From: Candidatus Scalindua sp.
Lineage (GTDB): Bacteria > Planctomycetota > Brocadiia > Brocadiales > Scalinduaceae
Length of the DNA stretch: 32,000 nt
NCBI GenBank assembly: GCA_031316235.1
Contig: JALDRA010000002.1
Coordinates: 1 to 32,000, forward strand
Direction: 5' to 3'
The notes beneath the pieces are model-generated. The model searched no databases. It was not told the origin of the DNA and was given only the letters and a program-made list of their open reading frames with translations. Shown piece after piece: positions 18,998 through 25,700 of the stretch (positions are counted from its first letter, which is position 1; the number at the start of each line of letters is the position of its first letter). The position numbers and the translations under genes were made by a program.

Positions 18998-19945
18998 TTG
19001 GACAAAAAGAAAAAAGTTGTTATCGGGTCAAGAGGAAGTAAATTAGCCTTGATACAGGCTAATTGGGTTAAAACACAATTGGAAGAAAAGTATCCGGAAA
19101 CCGAATTTGCTATTGAAAAGATAAAGACAACCGGAGATAAAATAACGGATGTACCGCTTGCGAAGATCGGTGCAGTAGGGCTGTTTACGAAAGAGCTTGA
19201 AAATGCTCTTCTCGATAAGAAGGTTGATCTTGTCGTTCATAGCGCCAAAGATGTTCAGACAGAGATACCGGAAGGCCTGGTACTTGGTGCTTTTACTGAA
19301 CGCAAGGACCCCCACGATGTACTTATCAGCAAAGATAATGTCTCTTTACGGGATCTGCCGAAAAATACAAAAATTGGTACGAGTAGTCTAAGGCGAAGAT
19401 CACAGATTCTTGCTTTCCGGCCGGATATTGAAGTTGTTGATATCAGGGGAAATCTTGATACGAGGTTACAGAAAATAGAATCAGGAGAATTAGATGCTAT
19501 CGTAGTAGCCATGGCAGGTTTGCAGCGATTTGGCCAAACCGACAAAGTAAGTGAAGTAATATCATATGATATTATGCTCCCTGCGGTTGGGCAGGGGGCA
19601 CTCTGTATAGAAATACGAGACGGTGATTTAGTCATTGAGAAAATCGTCTCAACCCTGAACCATTACGATACAAGGTATGCCGTCAAGGCGGAAAGAGCCC
19701 TGCTTGCAAAGCTCCAGGGAGGATGTCAGGTCCCGGTAGGTGCTCACGCAGAAGTATTATACCCTGTCAATATAAAAATAGAAGCTGTTATAGGCTCACT
19801 GGATGGAACTACCATCTACAGAGATTCAGTTACCGGCAAGGTAGATGATTGTGAAATTCTGGGGGAGGAACTTGCAAACAAGCTTTCAGGCATGGGCGGT
19901 TATGCGATTTTAAGTGAAATACGAAGCAGTCTTGCAAAAGAATAA
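18998..19945 (+). CDS. hemC: Hydroxymethylbilane synthase (porphobilinogen deaminase)
   Basis: IGSRGSKLALIQA and IRGNLDTRLQK are present, as is GGCQVPVG carrying the cofactor Cys. The TTG start is preceded by AAGGAG at 7 nt. Confidence 0.95.
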   Translation: MDKKKKVVIGSRGSKLALIQANWVKTQLEEKYPETEFAIEKIKTTGDKITDVPLAKIGAVGLFTKELENALLDKKVDLVVHSAKDVQTEIPEGLVLGAFTERKDPHDVLISKDNVSLRDLPKNTKIGTSSLRRRSQILAFRPDIEVVDIRGNLDTRLQKIESGELDAIVVAMAGLQRFGQTDKVSEVISYDIMLPAVGQGALCIEIRDGDLVIEKIVSTLNHYDTRYAVKAERALLAKLQGGCQVPVGAHAEVLYPVNIKIEAVIGSLDGTTIYRDSVTGKVDDCEILGEELANKLSGMGGYAILSEIRSSLAKE

Positions 19946-19983
19946 ATAACCTGCAAGTGGTGTGAGCGGTATCTTCAACTCTT

Positions 19984-20095
19984 CATACTCATCTCATAAT
20001 GGTTTTCGGATAAAATCCGAGATAAAATTGAGCGAGTATACCTTCACCAAGATTTGATTTCCGATAAAACCGAAAACCAAATCGGTTTTAGTATA
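19984..20095 (-). repeat. Dispersed MITE-like element, copy 6 (short 112-bp variant, subfamily B)
   Basis: It has the same 28-nt internal deletion boundaries as copy 4. Its first base is C instead of T. It starts 39 nt after the hemC stop. Confidence 0.9.
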
Positions 20096-20160
20096 TCGTG
20101 AAATCAGGCAGTAAGGCGGAAAATCATTTCACTGAATTGATCAGCAACAGCCTTACAAAG

Positions 20161-20210
20161 CCCTGAATTCAGGGCTAAGGAAAAATACCGGATTATTTTT
20201 CCTTAGCCCC
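20161..20210. terminator. Two adjacent hairpins between convergent genes (possible bidirectional terminator)
   Basis: The palindrome CCCTGAATTCAGGG spans 20161..20174. A perfect 16-bp stem pairs GGGCTAAGGAAAAATA (20172..20187) with TATTTTTCCTTAGCCC (20194..20209), with a 6-nt loop. No clean T-run follows on either strand, so the terminator function is uncertain. Confidence 0.35.
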
Positions 20211-20302
20211 TGCCATTTTACTATGAACGTATTCCCCGCAAAAGGCCTGATTGGCATCAGCAATGCCGACTCTCTCCCGGATTGCATGAACTCCTTCATG
20301 AT

Positions 20303-21688
20303 TCAGCCAACATTGTTATATTCCCTTACCCGGAATCGGACACCCAGCTCTTCGGCGATCTTCCTGCAGCTCTCAATGTCAACACCCGGTACGCTGACGA
20401 CAGAGACCATTACGTCGGGTATGAATTTCTTTGCCTTTTTGATAAAAGAGATCAGAGAGGCATAGGCATTACCATCATAAGGTTTACCATCAAATGAAGG
20501 CTGGCATAATCGTTCGTATTCATCAGCATTGTCAGTATTTAAACTTATGCATATGGTGTCTATCAACCCCTTCAGCTCTTCACAGATAGATCTGCCGTTA
20601 ATCAGATCCCCCAGGCCATTGGTATCAAGCCTCACTACCGCCCCCTTCTCTTTCAGATATCGGGCAACTGACGTTAACACATCCATTCTCTCCGTGGACT
20701 CTCCAAACCCGCAAAAAACAACTTCATCATATCCCGAAGGATCTCCGATAGCCGTTATCAACTCTTCTATCGTTGGCTCCTTTTCAAGACCAAGATAATA
20801 ACCCTTGACATAGGGAGCTGTTTCCCGGGAGCAGAAGACACAACGATTTGAACACCGGCTTGTTATGTTAAGATAAAGTGAGTTTCTAATTACATACGCA
20901 ATCTTCCCCCCTTGAGTATCGGGATGTCCGATACGGAAAAGATTCATGGCATTGTGAGTTGTAATTCTTTTAATGTCTTCAACGGAAAGTTTCTGCAGTT
21001 CGGCAAGGACAGGAATCACGTGCTCGAGATAAGACGGCTCATTTCGCTCTCCCCTCTTTGGTTGCGGGGCGAGAAAAGGGCAATCTGTTTCCAGAACCAG
21101 CCTTTCCACCGGCACTCTCCTGACAACCGCTCTTAGTGCTGTTGCCTTGGGAAATGTTACGGGTCCTGCAAATGAGATATGAAAACCCAGATCCAGAAAC
21201 TTCTCCGCAGTGTCCTTATCACCGCTGAAACAGTGAATGACACCTTCTATCTTCCCATCATAGGAACGAAGAATATCAAGACAGTCACTGCTTGCATCAC
21301 GGTTGTGAATGATAACAGGAAGTTTCATCCGCATTGCAAGTTCCAGATGCCGATGAAACAGCTTTTTCTGTTCATCAGGGCTGCTGCGATCACGGTAATA
21401 ATCAAGTCCTGTCTCACCGATGGCAACAATCTTTTCTTTTCCCGCTAAATTTTCCAGACAGGTCCAGTCATCTTCTGAAACATTTGACGCCTCATTTGGA
21501 TGGATTCCCGCACTCGCAAAAACCTCACTGAACCGCTGTGCAAGTTCAAGGGATCTCTTAGTTGACTTAACACTTACACCTACGTTGATAAAGTATTCAA
21601 CACCAACATTTTTTGCCCGTAATATTACCTCGTCAACTTCATTACGGTAGTCAGGAAAATCCAGGTGCGTATGCGTATCAATTATCAT
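20303..21688 (-). CDS. TatD-family metal-dependent hydrolase fused to a C-terminal radical SAM domain (TatD-associated rSAM type)
   Basis: The N-terminus reads IDTHTHLDF...GLDYY...HCFSG...ETDCPFLAP, which is TatD. The C-terminal ~190 aa carry CSNRCVFCSRE (CX3CX2C) and a small rSAM fold (FCGFGEST, RLDTNG). Confidence 0.8.
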   Translation of the reverse strand: MIIDTHTHLDFPDYRNEVDEVILRAKNVGVEYFINVGVSVKSTKRSLELAQRFSEVFASAGIHPNEASNVSEDDWTCLENLAGKEKIVAIGETGLDYYRDRSSPDEQKKLFHRHLELAMRMKLPVIIHNRDASSDCLDILRSYDGKIEGVIHCFSGDKDTAEKFLDLGFHISFAGPVTFPKATALRAVVRRVPVERLVLETDCPFLAPQPKRGERNEPSYLEHVIPVLAELQKLSVEDIKRITTHNAMNLFRIGHPDTQGGKIAYVIRNSLYLNITSRCSNRCVFCSRETAPYVKGYYLGLEKEPTIEELITAIGDPSGYDEVVFCGFGESTERMDVLTSVARYLKEKGAVVRLDTNGLGDLINGRSICEELKGLIDTICISLNTDNADEYERLCQPSFDGKPYDGNAYASLISFIKKAKKFIPDVMVSVVSVPGVDIESCRKIAEELGVRFRVREYNNVG

Positions 21689-21947
21689 AATTTATTTGTA
21701 TCCTCGTCTTTGACAAAATGTATGAATATGCCTCAGGTAAAGAGGCACCGTCGAGATTATGAAAATCGAGGTTTACCTCCCTCCCGGCCGATGCATGAGG
21801 AACGGTTTCCGATAGTTCGCAACGTGCAGATACAGTTATCTTTATTCAAAAACCCTGCACATCAGTATCTCTTCAGTCTATCCCGAACTCATTTCCCGGC
21901 CATTAAACGGTAAGAGGCTCTGTGCGTCACGTGGGAACCAATCTGGT

Positions 21948-22169
21948 TTATTTAAAAGATTTTTCGTCCCGATAATGCGGATCAATCCAGCATCTGGGAA
22001 GCTCTTCACCAGAGGGAAATAGTAAATCAGACTTCTTGAATTTCTCTGGATCCTGCAGCTCTTCCCCCTGCTGATAGCGGCCGACCACTTCACCATGGTA
22101 AGGAGCAAACAGCTCCTTTAAAGTTAATACCTCAACCAGATCATGATTACTTCTATCTTTTAAAAACAT
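21948..22169 (-). CDS. Small conserved hypothetical protein (73 aa)
   Basis: The sequence is MFLKDRSNHDLVEVLTLKELFAPYHGEVVGRYQQGEELQDPEKFKKSDLLFPSGEELPRCWIDPHYRD. From memory it resembles a widespread small uncharacterised family (..LVEVL.L..LF.P....V.GR...GEE.QDPE.F.KS.L.F.SGE.LP.CW.DP.YR). No function is known. Confidence 0.5.
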   Translation of the reverse strand: MFLKDRSNHDLVEVLTLKELFAPYHGEVVGRYQQGEELQDPEKFKKSDLLFPSGEELPRCWIDPHYRDEKSFK

Positions 22170-22436
22170 ACCTTACTCCAAAATCCTGTATTTGTATTGG
22201 AAGACTTACCATTAAGATAGATCTGATAATAAAGTTACCTATTGTCTAAGTCAAGGGAAAAGAAAAGGTTATTTAACTGTAATGGATGCCTCAAATGGAC
22301 CAGTCAGGTCTGGAACAACCACAGGATATTCTGACATAATGATCGCGCAATAAAAACAACCGGTTGTGCGGATGTTCTAAGATTTTTTCTCAAATCGACT
22401 CAAATTTCAGGCCGGTGATAAGAAGAGTACGGTAGT

Positions 22437-22576
22437 TATACTAAAACCGATTTGGTTTTAGATTTTTCTAAAAACCAAAGCCTGGTTACTGGTATCCCCG
22501 GACAAATGGCGCCGAGGACTTTACTCGCTCCGTTTTTTTTCGGATTTTATCCGAAAACCATTATAAGATAAGTATA
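22437..22576 (+). repeat. Dispersed MITE-like element, copy 7 (140 bp, degenerate/old copy, subfamily B)
   Basis: It has the same length and termini as the consensus but roughly 25 substitutions. The internal hairpins are partly destroyed. Confidence 0.8.
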
Positions 22577-22867
22577 AGACCAGAAGCAGGTGATCCAGCA
22601 AGTACCGTATCTTCCCCGTGTCAATAAAACTGCTTTATCATGTCCTGTAGAGTCATGCCGGCAATTTTTTAAGAATTCCTGAATGGTGACCAGGACATCT
22701 CACCAAATGGTATTTGCATTCCCATACAGCATGTGCTAATTTATTAAAATTTTGTTGAATAACTTCCGTAACTTTTCGTGTAACCTATTCCTATCACCAG
22801 GAGTTATTCTCTTTACAACAACTTCAAATCTCTACAAAAACTGCACAGCAGAGCTGCTGGTTTCAGG

Positions 22868-23012
22868 TATACTAAAACCGATTTGGTTTTCGGTTTTAGT
22901 ATACCTGAAACCAAATCTTGGTGAAGGTATCCCCGGACAAAAAGCGCCGAGGACTTGTACTCGCTCAATTTTATCTCGGATTTTATCCGAAATCCAGTAT
23001 GAGATGAGTATA
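22868..23012 (+). repeat. Dispersed MITE-like element, copy 8 (145 bp, subfamily A, 5-nt insertion variant)
   Basis: A change near the apical loop makes 22868..22903 a perfect 14-bp-stem hairpin, TATACTAAAACCGA / TCGGTTTTAGTATA. The copy ends 31 nt before the fabD-like ATG. Confidence 0.95.
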
Positions 23013-23043
23013 AATTAAACCGATCGACATAGGAGGAAAAAAG

Positions 23044-23898
23044 ATGGTAACGTTTGTATTTCCAGGACAGGGCTCACAGAAAAAAGGTATGGGAGATACC
23101 CTGTTTGATGAATTCCGGCCGCAGACAGCAGAAGCTGATCAAATTCTTGGCTATTCTATCAGGGAATTGTGTATAGATGACCCCAATGACCAGTTGGGAT
23201 TGACACAATACACTCAACCGGCGTTGTATGTGGTCAATGCCTTGTCCTATTTGAAGTGTTTACAGGAGACGAACAGAAAACCTGATTTCGTGGCTGGCCA
23301 TAGCCTGGGAGAATATAATGCACTGTTTGCGGCAGATGCCTTTGATTTTGAGACCGGTGTAAAGTTGGTAAAGAAAAGAGGTGAATTAATGAGCCAGGCA
23401 ACTGGCGGTGGAATGGCTGCCGTGATCGGCCTGAGCGAAAAAGAGGTCAGCGAGATTCTTAAGAACAACAATCTGGAAGGTATTACCATAGCAAATTACA
23501 ATACTCCATCCCAGTTAGTACTCTCAGGACGAAAAGCTGATATTGACAGGGCCCAACCAATTTTTGAAAGTTCAAATGCACGAAGGTACATACCGCTCCA
23601 GGTAAGTGCCGCGTTTCACTCTCCGTACATGAATGAGGCCAGGAGTGAGTTCGCCGAATTTCTGGAAGGATTTGAGTTTTCAGAATTGAAAATACCCGTA
23701 ATCTCGAACATCCATGCGTTGCCCTATGAGCCTTCAGCATTAAAAGAGAATTTAGCAGAACAAATCACCCACTCGGTAAGATGGACAGACAGCATACGAT
23801 ACTTGATGGCAAAGGGTGAAATGGTTTTTGAAGAGATAGGCCCGGGGAATGTCTTAAAGGGATTGGTCCGTAATATAAAAAGGGAGCTTGAAAACTAA
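23044..23898 (+). CDS. fabD: ACP S-malonyltransferase family acyltransferase (FabD / trans-AT-like)
   Basis: FPGQGSQ and GHSLGEY (active-site Ser) are present. [10 protein letters not shown] is a variant I associate with trans-AT-type enzymes, from memory. AGGAGG lies 7 nt upstream of the ATG. No other fab genes are adjacent. Confidence 0.85.
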   Translation: MVTFVFPGQGSQKKGMGDTLFDEFRPQTAEADQILGYSIRELCIDDPNDQLGLTQYTQPALYVVNALSYLKCLQETNRKPDFVAGHSLGEYNALFAADAFDFETGVKLVKKRGELMSQATGGGMAAVIGLSEKEVSEILKNNNLEGITIANYNTPSQLVLSGRKADIDRAQPIFESSNARRYIPLQVSAAFHSPYMNEARSEFAEFLEGFEFSELKIPVISNIHALPYEPSALKENLAEQITHSVRWTDSIRYLMAKGEMVFEEIGPGNVLKGLVRNIKRELEN

Positions 23899-23967
23899 AC
23901 GGACAAAAATATTGGTAATCGTATCTGTGCCGTTCGCATTGATATGTATTGCTAACGGTTGCGGGGA

Positions 23968-24107
23968 TATACTAAAACCGATTTGGTTTTCGGTTTTACC
24001 GGAAACCAAATCTTGGTGAAGGTATCCCCGGACAAAAAACGCCGAGGACTTGTACTCGCTCAATTTTATCTCGGATTTTATCCGAAATCCAGTATGAGAT
24101 GAGTATA
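23968..24107 (+). repeat. Dispersed MITE-like element, copy 9 (full length, subfamily A; used here as the consensus)
   Basis: Sequence: TATACTAAAACCGATTTGGTTTTCGGTTTTACCGGAAACCAAATCTTGGTGAAGGTATCCCCGGACAAAAAACGCCGAGGACTTGTACTCGCTCAATTTTATCTCGGATTTTATCCGAAATCCAGTATGAGATGAGTATA. Confidence 0.95.
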
Positions 24108-24168
24108 AATCAATTAATATTCAGGATAACTGCTTTCATGATCAGCCTGAAAAATTCCTGAGGATATT

Positions 24169-24576
24169 ATGGACAAGAAAAAACTGGCGGTTATTCATAT
24201 TGTTAAGAAAGAATTATCTTTAAGCGATGAGGAGTACCGTAATATCCTTGAACGAGTAGCAGGTGTCCGTTCATCCAGGGATTTAACGGACAGCCAGTTC
24301 CAGAAGCTGATGCGCTATTTTGTCCGTACGATGCATTACCGTGTAACAGGTAAAGGGATCACCTTCCGGCAAAAATATTATATAAAACAGTTAAAAAAGG
24401 ATCTCGGCTGGGATGACTCCCATTTTCAAAACTATATAAACAAATATTTCCACAAGAGCGATATCGAAACCTATTCCAGGCACGATGCCAGCAATCTTAT
24501 AGTTGCATTAAACACCATCCTCAAGAGTTACCGTCCCACTCGAGGAAAGACCGGGCAAAAACATGGCATTGAATAG
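24169..24576 (+). CDS. GemA/Mu gp16-like protein (DUF1018 family, phage-derived regulator)
   Basis: KKKLAVIHIVKKELSLSDEEYRNILERVAGVRSSRDLTDSQFQKLMRYF follows the DUF1018 pattern (IHi.k..Lgl.d..YR..L....G..S...Lt..e...l...f). GAGGA lies 5 nt upstream of the ATG. Confidence 0.55.
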   Translation: MDKKKLAVIHIVKKELSLSDEEYRNILERVAGVRSSRDLTDSQFQKLMRYFVRTMHYRVTGKGITFRQKYYIKQLKKDLGWDDSHFQNYINKYFHKSDIETYSRHDASNLIVALNTILKSYRPTRGKTGQKHGIE

Positions 24577-24690
24577 CAGCCTGCCCCATCGTCTCTATTG
24601 TCCTGATAATTATGTTTCATGATTTTTACCCGCCAGAAAGCACTTCTGGTAAACCCGCACTGCCACATGAACCTTCTTTTATAGAACCAT

Positions 24691-25617
24691 TCAAGATATC
24701 GTTCCAGATATCTTATCTAGGCTCTCACGCGCAGCTTTCCCATACTCGCTACTTTGGGTTGCAATTTCACGTAGCATGGAGAGCCCATTTTCTGAGAGAC
24801 CAGCGAGATTTCCAAGAGCCTTAATTGCTGAATAGCAAATGAAAGAGTCTTTATGCCCTAAGGCAAGGAGCAAAGCAGACTCGGCATCCGTGCCCATAGT
24901 CCCCAAGGCATCGATGGCTGAGGAGTCAATTTCAATGTCTGGGTCTTTGAGTAGATTCGTAATCACAGGGATCGCCTCTTTTGCAGGTTCATCGATATCA
25001 CCGAGAGCGCATCCGGCAAAAATTCGGACAAATTTATTTGGGTGCTGAAGAGAGTTAATCAGTTCTGGTATAGCTCCTGTTGAGGCCCCATCAGCCGCCT
25101 CCCGAGCAAATCCGATGGCAATCCATTTTGGGTCAGCAGTCGGCCGTTGCACAGCCTTGATGATTTCTCGAATCCGTTCAGCACCATCCTCAATTTTAGT
25201 AAGTCTTTTACGCTCAACATCCCGAGTAATGAGACCTTGACTCATCTCCTTTATCTTGGCTGGTTCGAATACACGACCTCGGTCGGATGCGATAGCACCA
25301 AAACGTTCTGAGGCGACCAAGGCTACGTGTTCGGCAAATGATTCGAAGCTACCGTGAGCCATATACATGATTTGCAGGAGTCCATCTTCACTCAGATATT
25401 CGACCAGGTTTAACTCAAGCCCAAATCGGCGCTGGACCTCTTCTTCAATCTCCCTGATCTCCTCTCTCTTAAACGGTTCGATGATGCGAAGGGCTCGGTC
25501 GAGCCGTTTGAGCCCGCCTGGCGTAAAGTGATCAAGAACGCGCTGTGTAAGGTTTGGAGGGGCCTCTTCCTCAACAAACTCGAATCTTCCAATAGTAAGG
25601 TAGTGAAAAAGGCTCAT
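24691..25617 (-). CDS. HEAT-repeat protein with an unassigned N-terminal domain
   Basis: The C-terminal ~130 aa show 3-4 PBS-lyase-type HEAT repeats (AIPELINSLQHPNKFVRIFAGCALGDI; AIPVITNLLKDPDIEIDSSAIDALGTMG; LLLALGHKDSFICYSAIKALGNL). GGAGGA lies 8 nt upstream of the ATG. Sampled lines give 52-58% GC. Confidence 0.6.
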   Translation of the reverse strand: MSLFHYLTIGRFEFVEEEAPPNLTQRVLDHFTPGGLKRLDRALRIIEPFKREEIREIEEEVQRRFGLELNLVEYLSEDGLLQIMYMAHGSFESFAEHVALVASERFGAIASDRGRVFEPAKIKEMSQGLITRDVERKRLTKIEDGAERIREIIKAVQRPTADPKWIAIGFAREAADGASTGAIPELINSLQHPNKFVRIFAGCALGDIDEPAKEAIPVITNLLKDPDIEIDSSAIDALGTMGTDAESALLLALGHKDSFICYSAIKALGNLAGLSENGLSMLREIATQSSEYGKAARESLDKISGTIS

Positions 25618-25700
25618 TTAACTAATCCTCCAATCGATCTTTTACGAAATCCAACTTAAGGCACATATCTTGATATCTCTATGCTTGAATGCCATGGTAC

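Noticed and set aside
22708-22718. A sigma-54-like TGGTAT..TTGCA upstream of the fabD-like gene.
   Set aside because: The GG-to-GC spacing is about 7 nt instead of the required ~10-11 nt, so it does not fit the -24/-12 geometry.
23854-24063. A conserved peptide ORF inside the dispersed repeat, (M/L)SEYKSSAFFVRGYLHQDLVSGKTENQIGFSI. It also appears at 4179-4556 and 17217-17417, and could be read as a small protein gene.
   Set aside because: It starts at a TTG without a convincing RBS. Its C-terminus is whatever flanking sequence follows each copy. The short variants (copies 4 and 6) delete 28 nt, which breaks the frame. Substitutions in copies 3 and 7 are not biased to synonymous positions. 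Conservation is better explained at the DNA/RNA-structure level.
4461-24107. The repeated element as a CRISPR array.
   Set aside because: Copies are 0.3-3.7 kb apart with genes between them and occur in both orientations. They are 112-145 bp long and there is no regular repeat-spacer periodicity. No cas genes are in the window.
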